Position numbers and translations under genes: made by a program | In this document: positions 28,862 to 42,000 of the stretch, piece after piece | Layout of the letters: each line of letters opens with the position of its first letter | Numbering within the stretch: the first letter of the stretch is position 1 | From: an uncultured bacterium | GTDB taxonomy: Bacteria; Bacillota; Clostridia; Christensenellales; CAG-917 | Direction of reading: 5' to 3' | DNA: 64,000 nucleotides | Assembly (NCBI GenBank): GCA_949432885.1 | Contig: CASQXY010000005.1 | Span: forward strand, 25,619 to 89,618 | Notes under the pieces: model-generated | Database searches by the model: none | Seen by the model: only the letters and a program-made list of their open reading frames with translations | What the model was told of the DNA's origin: nothing

Positions 28862-29434
28862 TTATGCGAACAATTCCTTTGCTATCTGCGTTTCGACGCT
28901 ATCGCGCAACAGCGCGATTTCCGACTCGAAAGTGAAATTTTTATCCACTCCGCCGCCGCTTAACATCATGCCGTCAAACTCGCCCGATTGGTCGGATAGA
29001 GAGAGCGTAATGCTCATTTTCTTTGCAACGGCGTTTATATCGGCGGCCGTCAACAGTCCTTTCTGCCTCTTTCCAAGCGTAACGACGTCCCCGTCCTCCG
29101 CTTCGGCAAGCATACCCAAAAGCAGTTTTTTAAGTTCGGTTCTATCATGCGCAAGCAGTTTTTCGAGCGCGGAGGAAAACACTCCGTCCAGAATCCTCTG
29201 TTTAGCGGCGAGTCTGAGTTTTTTCGCGTCGAGCTCCGCAACGGTTTTGGCGCGCGCCGCAATATCCGCCGCCGCCTTTTCCGTTTCGTTCTTAAAGCCG
29301 TAGTAGTACGTCTTGCACTGCTCGGCGGCTTGGGCGATAATATCGTCGGCTTTATCCTTTTGCTCCTCGATAAAAGAGTTTGCGCGTATCTCGGCGTCCG
29401 ATATGATTTTTTGTATGATTGCTTCCTTGCTCAT
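28862..29434 (-). CDS. ntpE: V-type ATP synthase subunit E
   Basis: Coiled-coil N-terminus ISDAEIRANSFIEEQKDKADDI, 190 aa, and the expected operon position. Confidence 0.8.
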   Translation of the reverse strand: MSKEAIIQKIISDAEIRANSFIEEQKDKADDIIAQAAEQCKTYYYGFKNETEKAAADIAARAKTVAELDAKKLRLAAKQRILDGVFSSALEKLLAHDRTELKKLLLGMLAEAEDGDVVTLGKRQKGLLTAADINAVAKKMSITLSLSDQSGEFDGMMLSGGGVDKNFTFESEIALLRDSVETQIAKELFA

Positions 29435-29437
29435 AAT

Positions 29438-29926
<489 letters not shown>

Positions 29927-31960
29927 CTACCTCCTAACGTCGAGATAAGTGTATTTTGTATTCGTTCCGTAGGGCATGAACACGTGTCCGCCGCCCTCGT
30001 AGAATTTTCCGTAAAATTCGATATACTGCAATCTGCAATTATGCACGTACGCGCCGAGCGTGGAAATCGCAATATTGAAAATATGACCCACAAGGAAAAT
30101 CGGCACGCACAATATATAGCCAATCGCCGCAACTCCTGCGGGGAAGAATCCTATAACGACCTGACAAATCTGATTTACTACGAGAGCAACGACGCTTCCC
30201 GAAAGTCCCAGTCCGAACAGACGCGCATAAGACAGTATATCCGAAATAATATTCACCCCGTCGTACAGCTTTCCGAAACCGCCGAAAAACCCGAGGATTT
30301 TCTTTTTACCCTTTTTGCCGCGTATTCCAGTAAGCACAAGCAGGAACGCACCCAGCGCAGTAACCGCAATTCCGATATACTTCACCCATGCGGCGTTCTT
30401 TGCGAAAAGCAGACCGACGACAAGCACGATTATACCCGCAAAAATGAGATACCAAGTTCCCACCTCGCAAAGCGCGTCCATAACTTTTCCGCGCTTTATC
30501 ATATTGACTGCGTTCAAAAACATGCCGACGAGAATATGCAAAAATCCTAGCCCGAAAGAAATGCCGAGCATAATTATCGGGCTGTTGCCTTCAAGAGGAT
30601 TGAGCAGTTGCAGTTTTTCTAGGAATGTTCCGTCGATAGCCAATCCAAACCAGCCTCCGAAAATCACGCCCCAAATAATCGTACTTATGCCGCCCATGCC
30701 GACTATAAGCAGCAGTCTTCCCTTGCCGGGGACGGGCTTTTTGATGAAATACGCCGCAAGACCGCCTATGGCGAGCAAAATTCCGTACGCCGCGTCCGCA
30801 ACCATCATTCCGAAGAACAGGAAATAGAAGAAGGACATAACGGGATTGGGGTCCAAATCCTTGCGGTAGTTCGGAACGCTGTACATATTTGTAACGTCTT
30901 GATAAGGCTCCACGATTTTGGAATTTCTGACGTATGTAGGCACGATTTCCCCATCCTCGGGGTCTCTGAACTCATACAAAAAAGCGTCCGACGTACTGTC
31001 CAGCGTCTCTTGCAGACTCTTCTCGAATTCGGCGGGATACCATGCTTCGAGCACAAAGCATTCATTTGTAGCGGCAAAGCCGTCAAGCGCCGTGTACGTT
31101 GCGATTCTCACAAGATAATAGTCGTAAAGAGTCTTGAAGTCCGCCACAAACATCTGCTTTACAAGTGCGCGTGTGATAAGCTCGCAATACTCCTCGTCCA
31201 AAGCTGCGATTTGCTCTTGCAGGTCTTGAATCGCCTGCTTCGGGGACTTGTCGCTTTCGCACGAAATCGGCGTATAATCCGCGGATTGCAAAAATGCAAT
31301 CAGATTATCCTTCTCGTTTACGTGCGCTATCGCTATAAACGGCTGAGTTTTTGCGCACTCGCCGAAAGTCCGTATAAATATCAGTTCGTTTTCTTGTGAA
31401 AATCTATCAAGCTCCGCAATCTTTTGGGACGGAACGGAGCCTATAACGACAGTCGTTTTCTGCGTATCCTTATAAAAATCATAAGGCATTTTCAAGCTCG
31501 CGTACTGCTCGTGCAAAAGTATTTCGTCGCGTATTTTGGTCTTTAATGCTGAAATTTCCTTTTCTCGGGAAGCGATTTCCTCCAAATTCTCCACATGCGC
31601 CATAAGCTCGACCTCGCGGCTTCCGACAGCCTCGAACTCGTCGTATCCTATCGTCGCAATAGAGCTTACGGAGGGGGTTTTCAAATCGGTAAAAAGATAA
31701 GGGGTTTCGGATTTGGCGGTCTTCTTTGCCAAAGCCAGCGCGGCTCTCTTCTGCTCCTTCAAAAAATCGAATGCGAATCTGATTCTGGAAATATTGAGAT
31801 TGAGTTTTTCGGTCGAAGCGGAATTATCCAAACGCGACGTATCCTCGATATCCCGCGTCTTGCAAATCTCCACACTCTTGGTCTTGTGCAGAGCCTCGAA
31901 CAGCCTCTCTCTGTTTCTGCGGTGCCCTATGAGCACCAATTTTTTCATTTCGACAATCAT
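29927..31960 (-). CDS. ntpI: V-type ATP synthase subunit I (a-type stator)
   Basis: It is 677 aa, with an N-terminal cytoplasmic coiled-coil domain and a C-terminal polytopic domain containing SYARLFGLGL (conserved Arg). Confidence 0.92.
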   Translation of the reverse strand: MIVEMKKLVLIGHRRNRERLFEALHKTKSVEICKTRDIEDTSRLDNSASTEKLNLNISRIRFAFDFLKEQKRAALALAKKTAKSETPYLFTDLKTPSVSSIATIGYDEFEAVGSREVELMAHVENLEEIASREKEISALKTKIRDEILLHEQYASLKMPYDFYKDTQKTTVVIGSVPSQKIAELDRFSQENELIFIRTFGECAKTQPFIAIAHVNEKDNLIAFLQSADYTPISCESDKSPKQAIQDLQEQIAALDEEYCELITRALVKQMFVADFKTLYDYYLVRIATYTALDGFAATNECFVLEAWYPAEFEKSLQETLDSTSDAFLYEFRDPEDGEIVPTYVRNSKIVEPYQDVTNMYSVPNYRKDLDPNPVMSFFYFLFFGMMVADAAYGILLAIGGLAAYFIKKPVPGKGRLLLIVGMGGISTIIWGVIFGGWFGLAIDGTFLEKLQLLNPLEGNSPIIMLGISFGLGFLHILVGMFLNAVNMIKRGKVMDALCEVGTWYLIFAGIIVLVVGLLFAKNAAWVKYIGIAVTALGAFLLVLTGIRGKKGKKKILGFFGGFGKLYDGVNIISDILSYARLFGLGLSGSVVALVVNQICQVVIGFFPAGVAAIGYILCVPIFLVGHIFNIAISTLGAYVHNCRLQYIEFYGKFYEGGGHVFMPYGTNTKYTYLDVRR

Positions 31961-31998
31961 TTCAGAATCTAAGTATTACAACAGCCTTATTATTGGTC

Positions 31999-32331
31999 TT
32001 AATCATCGCGGACGCCGTATTTGGCAAGCAAAGCGGCGACTACGCCCTCCGCCGCGCCGTCGGCCGCGGATTGCTTTTCCTCAATAAGCTTGGAGGCGTC
32101 CTCCTCTCCCTTTGCGAGAATCTGCGCATATTTTTCGTCCGCAACGCGGCGGGCTTCGTCAAGCGCAGTCTTTCTCTGCTCCTTACACTCCTGCATAGTG
32201 AGTTTTTTCTGTTTCTCGGCGTCGGACTCTGCGTCAAGCACAATCTGCTTACCCTGACGGTAAGCGTCTTTCTGCATTTGCTCGGCTCTTAGCTCCGCCT
32301 CTCTGATTTCCTTTATCGCGGTCTCTATCAT
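31999..32331 (-). CDS. V-type ATP synthase peripheral-stalk subunit (G/H-like; equivalent position to E. hirae NtpF)
   Basis: A 110-aa charged coiled-coil protein: IKEIREAELRAEQMQKDAYRQGKQIVLDAESDAEKQKK. It is the first ATPase gene of the operon. Confidence 0.7.
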   Translation of the reverse strand: MIETAIKEIREAELRAEQMQKDAYRQGKQIVLDAESDAEKQKKLTMQECKEQRKTALDEARRVADEKYAQILAKGEEDASKLIEEKQSAADGAAEGVVAALLAKYGVRDD

Positions 32332-32777
32332 CCTCTGTCCTCTTCGATATCCGCAATCATATCCAGACGTCTCTGATGTCTTCCGCCTTCATATTCCGCG
32401 GTATACCAAACTCTCACGATTTCCTCCGCCTCGTCCTCGGATATAACTCTTCCGCCGAGCGCGATTACATTTGCATTGTTATGGTTTTTGGTCAGCTTTG
32501 CCATATAGGGATTGGTGACGACTGCGGCCCTTATACCTTTGACCTTATTGGCGGCGATTGAAATCCCGATGCCCGTTCCGCACATAATCACTCCGACCTC
32601 GCATTCACCGGAAGCCACAGCGCGCGCGACTTTCTCTCCGTATACGGGATAGTCGACGGAGCTGTCGTCATAGCAGCCGAAATCAACGACCTCCGCGCCG
32701 AGGGCTTCGAGAGTTTTCACAACTCTGTCTTTAAGCACAAATCCGCCGTGGTCACAACCAACCGCAACCTTCGTCAT
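32328..32777 (-). CDS. rpiB: Ribose-5-phosphate isomerase B
   Basis: VAVGCDHGGFVLK and MCGTGIGISIAANK. Its stop overlaps the next gene's start as ATGA. Confidence 0.93.
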   Translation of the reverse strand: MTKVAVGCDHGGFVLKDRVVKTLEALGAEVVDFGCYDDSSVDYPVYGEKVARAVASGECEVGVIMCGTGIGISIAANKVKGIRAAVVTNPYMAKLTKNHNNANVIALGGRVISEDEAEEIVRVWYTAEYEGGRHQRRLDMIADIEEDRG

Positions 32778-32980
32778 ATCAATCTCCGAAATTCTTTTTT
32801 AAAATTATACACCTGTACGCTACAAAAATCAACTTTAATTTGTTTTGGGTTTATTTTTAAAGTAATACGAAATGGCGCAATATATCGAATAATAAGTATT
32901 TTAGGCATAGTGATTGGGTTTTGCGCAAAGCCGAAACGGGCGTTATAAGTAATTCACGCGCCGCTGTATTCATAAGCTTT

Positions 32981-33021
32981 CAAGCATAAAGCGCGCCCCG
33001 CATTTTTGAAACGCGGGGCGC
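32981..33021 (-). terminator. Intrinsic terminator downstream of the giant surface-protein gene
   Basis: Minus strand reads GCGCCCCGC-11 nt loop-GCGGGGCGC followed by GCTTTATGCTT. Confidence 0.55.
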
Positions 33022-33062
33022 TGTAAACCGATTTGCATTTACTCAATCAATTTGAAATTAGC

Positions 33063-36000
33063 TTACATCATCTTTTTGAGCTTGGCTTTTTTGACTGCGA
33101 GTCCGATAAACGTCACCGCAAGCGTTGCAGCCAAAGCGCAGCAGCCTACCGCAATCAGTATCACAGCCCAACTCGGCAATCTGTTTGCGTTAAGGTCGAC
33201 AAACACCAGCGCGCCGAGGAAATCCGTCGTATATTTCAGTCTGCCGTCCTGCGTGAGCTCGTAATCGGCGAGACGTTCGAGTCCGCCCGAGGAGTTGACC
33301 GTGTATATTGCGATTCCGTCAAGATTCTTGATATTCTCGGGCAGGCAAACGTCAACCGCAACGGTCGTTCCGTTCAGGCTCACGATGCTGTTTCCGTAAT
33401 ACAGAGACAATCTTATGAGAGCGGCAATCGACGCGTTTTTGTCGATAAACGGCATATACTTGTCAACCTTCGACCAAAGCTCCATATCGTTTGCGGTTGC
33501 GGTATCGTCATACACCTCATGCGCGACAACTTTGTTTGCGACTATATCCTTGCTCAGTTCCAGCGTTGCGTTAGACGACGAGACGTTTGTCGTAGTAAGT
33601 TCCAGCATACCTCCGCCGCCCACAATATTGTAGTTGTTCGCGTTTATTCCGCTTGCCGTAATAGCCACATTGAACAGATATCTGCCCGAAGAAGTTATTT
33701 CGCTTGCATATACGAGACTTGTATCCTGCGCTTTAATAACAACTGCGGAGGGCGTGTCGTTTGCCATCGACACGGCATAATTTATATGATAAGTCTTATT
33801 CGTGTCATACACAGCTCCGAGAATGAGACTTCCGTCGGATGCCGTAGCCACCTTATAATCTCCGCGGTCTATTGTGACGTTTACTATCGCTCTTACAATC
33901 GTAAACGTACCCGTCGCAACCTCGTTTTCGTCGTAATTGGGGTTGTTGACCTTAAAGGAATCCTTCAACGAGACTCTGACCTGATACGTACCCGCGTCTC
34001 TCATCTCGTCAACCTTCTCGAACTTACCGTTTGACGTCTGTCTGAAATACTCGATATTCGCGTCTTCCTTTCTTATATTGAGTCCCTCTCTGACGAGATA
34101 CGTAATCATACTGTCGGCGCCGGACACCGTGTATTCAAATTTCTCACCGTCATAATACTTGGAGCTGTTTCTGACATTCAGCTGAGGACTTGCCTTCGCA
34201 ACGGCGACGGTCACGGGAGAGGAACTCTTCCACATAGCCTTATAACCGTGCGAGCCGCTCTCAATGGGTCTTTCGACGACTATATAACCAGTATAGCTGC
34301 CTGCGTTTATCGCTCGAGTCGGATAATTGTTCTCGTCGAGCATATAAATATCGTCGCCTGCCTTGACGGCGCCTATAAGCGCACTACCCGTAAGATTGCT
34401 TCCGTCATAAGTTAAGTTAAACGTATTGTCGGAAGACGGAGTGCCCAGCGACACGTCCGAAATGCTCGGCAGAACGATATCCACCACCGAAGCGCCCGTC
34501 GTGAGACCGAATCCGTCGTATGTGGTAATCAGCGCGTCGTTTACGATTTCAACGACTCCGCCGAGATGAATGTTATAGTTTGCAATCACTTCGGAGTAAT
34601 CGGCAATGCCGTCGGGAGTCGTGAAGTATATCACGTAAACCTCATTGTCTTTTAGTTTTGCGGATATGACGGGATACTGCTCGATAGGAGTAATTGTTTT
34701 CGTTTCCTTATCATACACACCGATTTTCGCAACGGGGATGTAATTGCGTCCGAACACCGAAACGGGAGATTCGGATGTTGCGATACCATCGTTGCCATTG
34801 CTGTCGAGATAGCGGAAAGATATTTTCTTTTGCAGCTCCTTTTGCATCTCCTCTGCGCTCGCGTACACCTGCGTATAAACAGCGCCGTCTGTCGCCACGA
34901 ACAAATCCTTTGCAATGACGGTAATCGTTGCATTTTCCGCTCCGTCCTTGTATTCGGGCAGGAAGGTATAGTTGACCGCAGCGCCGCCTGTAAGCACAAA
35001 CTTAGCGGAGGTATTTGCCGACGGCTTGGAAACCGTAAACTTGGCTTTTGCGGTCGGAAGCTCGCTTATGCTTGACAGCATTATGAAATACTCGATGTTT
35101 GCTATATCCGTGATTTCGCTGGGGATATAACCGTCGCCGTCCTTGACAAACACGTTAAGATTGGGATTAGACTTGTAATCATCGTCCTTATATCCCATCA
35201 TTTCCGCGTAATTCGCAAACGACATAAACAAACCGCCGTTCCACAGATCGAGGTCGTATTTCTTTTCCTCATAGGTGCGGGAAGCTCCGTCTGCAAGCAC
35301 TTTGTTTCCGAGCACTCTGTACGTAATATCTCCCTCGACCAAATTGGTATTTTCGCCGTACACTACCGTGCCGTCTTTGAGGTTGCTTATAATCGTACGT
35401 TTTTTGATTTTGCCCCTTATTTTCGCCGTCATGGAGGTATCGTCGATTATATAGTTGGCGGATTCGTCGCCCTTGATACCCTGCGCCGTAAAGACGACGT
35501 AATTCGCGGTGGTATTCGCTTTGTCGAATTCCCCTACGATATTGCGGATTTCCACCTTGCCTCTATCCGCTTCCACGACGCCCGAGATACTTCCCTCTTC
35601 ATAATAGAAGTCCACGTCTCTCACGCCGAAGAACTTTGAAGTGCCGTCAAACATCTTTTCAAACGCCTGCGACCCGTCTATCATCTTGATTCCCGCGGAT
35701 GAAATATACACGTTCTTACGCTCGACGCGTCCCGTCCCTTTGACGTACGTTACCGAAGGCATATTGCCGCTTATCGAGCCTTTATATTCGGAATCGACGG
35801 CACAAACCTCCTTTCCGTTGAAAACGTATCTTCCGACGATTGCTCCGCTCGTCATAGCTTCGGAGTCTGGCGCCGCAAGCGCGGAATCGACGTCGATATA
35901 CTTATTCGCGGTGGGAAGCGGATAATAATAAGTCACGTCATTGCCGTCCTTATTTCCGTCGTACGCCTCGTTATAATACATCTTGCCTTCGATAGAATAC

Positions 36001-39000
36001 GCGATATAGCCGTCGCCCGCATAAGTCTTCACGGCGTTGGTGAGCTGATAGTTGACTATTCCCCTGTTGCTGTGGAGCACGGGATTGTAAATCGCTCCCC
36101 GTTTATCCGTTACGACTGGAGTCTCGCCGCTATTGTCGTATTCGACGTTCTTATCAAGGTAATATGCGCCTCCCGTAGCGAGCACCGCGTATGCGCCCTT
36201 TTCTCCGTCAAAGATTCCGTCCGTGGTAATATCGTGGGCATTGCTAGGAATTTTCGCCGAGCCGTCGTAGGTCTTGACGCCGAGATTGGCGGTAACTCCT
36301 ATGGGTCTCGGCAGTATGCTTGCGATACGTCTTTCCTTATACTCTTCGAGTACGTAGTTCTTGATATAAACTTCTCCGTCTTTGGAAGTGGCGATAAGGC
36401 TCGTGTTCCCGATTTGAACGGTGACGTTATCGCTGACTATGCTCTTTGCAAACAGACCTTCCGCAATAACTTTTATATGTTTTTCGTGTCCTTGAACGAC
36501 CTCCGTACCGCGCAAATCCACGTTAATATCGGCGTCTCTTGTGCCGTCATAGACCTTTTCTTTGACGAAAACGTTATTAGGCAGCAGCTTAATGCTGTTC
36601 TTTTTGACCATAAACGCGCCGCGCATCTCAAAGTCGTCTATAACGCCGTCGGCAACGCTTCCGACCCGCACATATTCGCCTCCCGAATACCTTTCGCCGT
36701 AAATCTCGTAGTTTCCGAGATACTTGGTCGAGCCGCTTTCCGCGATTTGCAGACCGATAACCATAACGTTGTGCATTATTACGTTTCCTTCTGCGTCAAA
36801 CGCGACGTTCATATCGAGGTTTCCGTAGGAGGAAAGCTTATATTCGGGCGTGCCTACGATTACGAACTGCGCCAATTCGGCAGCGAGCTCCTCGGAATAT
36901 TCGAGGGTTGTCAGAGGTCCTCCCTCATTCGCCGCGTAAGGCACATCGTAAGTTCCGTCGTAAACCTTATACTCGTTAAATATGCCCTGCTCGTCCCTTT
37001 CGCCGAATCTGATATTGGGCAGGAGCTTGGCTCTTGAAATATTGACCGTCTTGGCATTGTCCGCGAAATAATGCTTGTTCAGCGCGTCGATATCGATAAT
37101 ATAGTTGTTGCTTTTCAGCTTGGAATCCGTATTTCCGTCTCCGACCGCCGCAAACGCAATCGCGTGGTCGCCCGCGCCGTAGTTATTCCCGTCAATATAC
37201 GCCATAAGCGTAAGACCGACCGTCGCCTCGTCCTCGCCCTCCGCCAATGCTGAATCCGCAAACACGAACTGCGTATTGACAATCGGAGTTGCGTTGTACG
37301 CTCTGTTCACGGGAGTTATGCTATCAAACGAATTCAGTCCGAGCACTCTTTTGGTAATGGACGCCGACACGTTTCTAAGCGTAATCTTAATGCCCTCGAC
37401 CCCGTTTACAAGCGTCGCTTCCACCGTCACGGACGGGTCGTTATAATCGGAATTTTCGATGTTATTGATGATTTCCAGTCCGCTCGCACCCTTAATGGGG
37501 AAGAACAATACGATTTCGCCTATCATATGCGAATCGCTCACCGTCGACTTGGGATAAGAAACACCTTCCACTATGGACACGTTTCCGTCCTTCCAGATAT
37601 TGAACAGCGTCGTCGTGCCGTAGCCGTTGTCGTCGGTATAATCCCTTATGGAGACTGCGTTCATATCCAATCTGACGGTGTTGTCGTATTGCTTGGTTAT
37701 GGTGAAATCCGACTTACGCACAGCGACCGAACCCGTATATATTTGGATATGTACTGTATTACTTATATCGGTATTATTATTTATATAATATATAATAACG
37801 CTGACGGCATCGGAAATCTGCGCGTGTTCCACCTTAGCCGAGCCGTCAAAAAGCTCCGCGGTAGTGCTGGTATTGTCGATATATTCGAGCTTATAGTTGT
37901 TTTTCTGATTTCCGTCGAGTCGGATATTCGTAATTATAATGCCTACGTCGGTGGGCTGTTCGATGGAGCCCTCTTCGGTATAATTGGCAACTATGGCGAG
38001 CTTGACGTCGTCCTGAGCGCGCGCGAGGTCTCCCGAAATATCGTACGGCACGACCTTTCCGTAGCTTACGTTCACGAAGCCCGTATACGACCTGCTCACG
38101 CCGACGAATTTCGCGGCGTCAAGGTCGATTGACTTCTGCAACACGTAGAAGCGCGCGTCCTTGTCTATGTCCGTAACAATCGTAAAGTTGGAATTATCGC
38201 AGCCGAACGCGTTTCTCTCCGCATAGCCGTAATACCATCCGTCCGTGCCGTAAATAATGCCGTTGTCATCCGTCGCGTCGCTGTATTGTCCCGCAATGAC
38301 GGAGAGATTTCCGCTCTTTGCAAACTGACCTCTTGCAAATTCGCCCTTAATCTGCGCCAAAATAGTCTGATATGAAATTCCCGCAAAGGAACCGTCGCTT
38401 GCAATCGGCTTTCCGCCGACGGAAACGATTTCAAAGCCTATTCCGTAAACGGATTCCGCGTCTCCGTACACCTTATATTGCGTTTGACTTGTGGGTCTGA
38501 CCACAATAGGAGCCGCCGTAATCGTAATATTGAAGGACTCCACGAGCACGGAATATCCGTCCAACGCCGTGCCGTCCTTAGACAAACGGGCCTCCGAAAT
38601 GCTTATCTGATGAGAACCGACGGGGATATAAGCTCCGAAGTCGATGTTCCTGAGCGTGAGCGACCAATCGATATTATCGAAATCCACTCCGAACTCGGGC
38701 AGACTGTCCTCCGACGAAAGCTCGAACTTATCTGCGATATCCGCAAAATTCAGAAGTCCGTCCGTCCACTGAGTTCCGAACACAAACGAAATCGTCTCGT
38801 TGTTCTTCATCCTGACGAAGATTGCGCTTCCCGAAGCGAAGCCTATGATATAAATCATGTCGTCGCCGAGCGCAAATTCGAGATTGCGCGTATTTGCGGA
38901 AGAGTCCAAATGCACTTCATGCCACACCCAAGAGCTGTATTTATCAGGCATAGGCAATGTCGGAGCGACCGTTTCCGAAGAAAGCGACAATTTTCCTGCA

Positions 39001-42000
39001 AGACACGCGCTTATTTCGTTTTGAATTTTATCGCTCAAAGCGCCGTCCGCGCCCGTAAGTCTGTAAACGGGAACAATAGCCGACGGGTCGTAGGACGCGC
39101 CTGCCGGCAGGATGGTTTCGCCTCCGCTCACGTCGAGCGTCACCCTTCTTCTTAGGATATTGAATTTCTGCGTATTCTGCGCCGAGAGACTGAAATTCCC
39201 GCTGATATTAAACAGCTTGGTATCCACGATATAATCGTAGCCGTCTCCCGCTGACACGTTTTCGGTAGCGTCGCTGAGCTCGCGGCTTATTCCGCCGCCT
39301 CTGCCGATATCGAACAGATAATAATCCGTGCCGTTCAAAGAACCGAGTTCATCATGCAGAGAATAGCCGCTGAAAATATCCTTTACGATTTTCTCCACGG
39401 TGTAGGACGAACCCCAGCTCGTAAACCAATCGAACTGCGTGGAATCCACTCCGAACATATACGAAGTGGGCTCGTTGTCGCCGTAGTATTTTGACTGCGC
39501 CCAAGTGGAAATGCTTACGGGGCGCTTTGTGACGACGTGACTGTTTCCCTCGAACGTAACCTTATAGTTTTCGCTTATCGAGAAAGGCGTATCATAAGTG
39601 ATTTCATACTCGCCGACGTCGAGCATGCTGTTCTTCCAGCCGCTGATTCCTTTCAACGTAAGCGAGCCGACAAGCACCTCGCCCATAAGCGCGCCGTCAG
39701 CGGGATTGAAGCCGACCGACTCGTACTCCAACTGAATTTTCGCGCCGTACATACTTTGAGTGGGCTTTGCGGTTATAGTCACTTCGCCCTGTCTTATTTC
39801 CACTTCGATGGTACAGTTTTCAAAGGTCTGAATATTGGCGCTTGAAGTATAGTTTTCCGTCACGTAGCTGTCGTCGTGCTGCGGAATATAAATCCTCACT
39901 TTGTACGTACCCAGCGTAATAGCTTGGAAATACACGGGATTGCTCAGCTCGGGATTTTCGTTATAACCCTCCGCAAGCGTTATATCCGAGGTAGGATTGC
40001 CTTCTATATCCTTATAGAGCTCGTTGCCGTCCTCGTCCACGTATCTGAATATGAAGCGTCCCTTGGAGTCGGAGTCGCTGTAACTGAGCGGAATGACCGC
40101 GGCTTTGGAATTATAATGAAGCGTGACTTTATTGTTTGCGATGTTAATTACGTCGTATTTCACGACCTTCCTGTGCGAGAACGTGAATTTCGTTCTGGAA
40201 TCGAGCGCCCCGAGGTCGACGTTGCTGTCAATCGTATACGTAAGCGTATTGTACGGCTCGAAGCCGATAATTCCGCTATAATCCGCTGCGCCGTCGCCCA
40301 GTCTCCATCCGTTTCTGGGATTATAGTTTTCAAGGAGAGTAAACGGTTCGCCGTTATTGCCCGTCTTTGTAAACAGATAAGGCACGTAGCCCGTAGACAG
40401 CGTAAGGTCAAACGTAACGGTTTCGCCGCGTTTGTAAGACGTCACGCCGCTCTCGGTCCCCTTCCTCTGCGCGATTGACGCGGTTTTGCTCTGCAGCTGC
40501 GCATTAGCGCGCACCTCTGAGGTTATGTTATAATTCTGAGCGTCCGCGAGAATGTACTGTATAGAAATATCCGAACAGTTGCCCGCTTGGTCGACAGCCC
40601 ATATGTAAACTACGCGCATGCCCGCGTTTCTGACGGCAATCAAATCTATGGCCAAATCCAGCATAGCGTCCGCGCCTACGCCGTCCGCAAGCCCGAAGTT
40701 GCTCTTCCAAGCGTCGTCGCCGTAAACAAAGCTCCTGTATTTGGACTCGATTATATCCTGTCCGTTTTCCCAAAGCGCGGAAAGGTCGCTTTCCGTTCTT
40801 ACGTATTTGACGCCGTAATAAATTTTGAGACCGTTCTTGTACGCGTCGATATTGAGTATAGAATCGTTGAAGACCGCACTTGCCGTAATGCTGTACTCTT
40901 GCGTATACCATTTTCTGATTATTCTCGACCAGCTGTACCCGTTCGCGCCGTCTACGAGAGAGAGGCTGCTGTCGTCGTTGACCGTCTCTTGCAGATAGTC
41001 GTGAAGTACGACGGGCATATTGGGATTGTTTCTGTCAATAAGGATATTGACCTCTCCCCAGTCTTCGTTTACGTTCTTCCATACGGTATTCTGATTATCC
41101 TCATCCGCCGCGATTTCGTCGGGACCGGCATATATTCCCGTATATGCGGTGAACTCCGTCAGCCAAGCGACCGTCGGATACGCGTCTCCGACCTTCCCCT
41201 GGAAAGTGAATATAAGCTCCGCTCCCAGATTGCTTCCCAGCGAGGTCGCGTTATACGTAACGGTAACCTGCGTATTTCCCGTTCTTGATACGACGGTAAA
41301 CGTTTTGGAAGTCGCAGACATATCGACCGTAGTGCCGTCGTACCATCCGAAAGGATTTCCGCCGTTGTTGACGTCGTCTCTGTTGACAACGACCATAAAG
41401 CGGTTGGACGGGTTGGCGTTATCGTTGAAAAGTATGGTATTTCCCGAGATATTAATCTTATCGAACACAAGCTTGAGCGTAGCTTCGCCCGTCGCCCAGA
41501 TCTTTCCGTTTTCCGCAAACGGAATATTGACAGTATTTCCGCCCTTGTTGAAGCTGAACTCTACGTTATATTCGGGTCTCTCGCAGTCGACCTTCATATA
41601 GAAAGATTTCGTCGACGGACTTATATTGCCCGCCGCGTCCATTGCGTAGAAAGTAAACTGATAGTAGCCCGAACCCGAAACCTCGCCTAAATCGGCGGGA
41701 TTTCCCGCGCTGTATCCCGAAAGCCCGTAGCCTTTGGCTTTACCTGTCGTAAAATCGAACTCGAAATTGAACTTATTATCTTTTCCGAAGCCTATCGGAA
41801 TTAGCCGTTTATATTTCTGATCGGTCGCGCTGCCCAACACGCTCGCAGCGGTCGGCACAGTCAGCCCCGACGTGTCGGAGGAATAATTCGCCTTCTTCAC
41901 CGCGTAAAACCAAAGCATAGGCGAGCTGTTCGCGTTACCGTACGGATTGGAGTTCACAGAGCCCGATACGTCGACTTCCATGGAAACTTGGGTATCCTTA

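Noticed and set aside
26067-28963. Long plus-strand ORFs 26067-27482 (471 aa) and 27770-28963 (397 aa).
   Set aside because: They are antisense to the V-ATPase A, F, C and E genes. They have no motifs, and such long shadow ORFs are typical opposite highly expressed GC-balanced genes.
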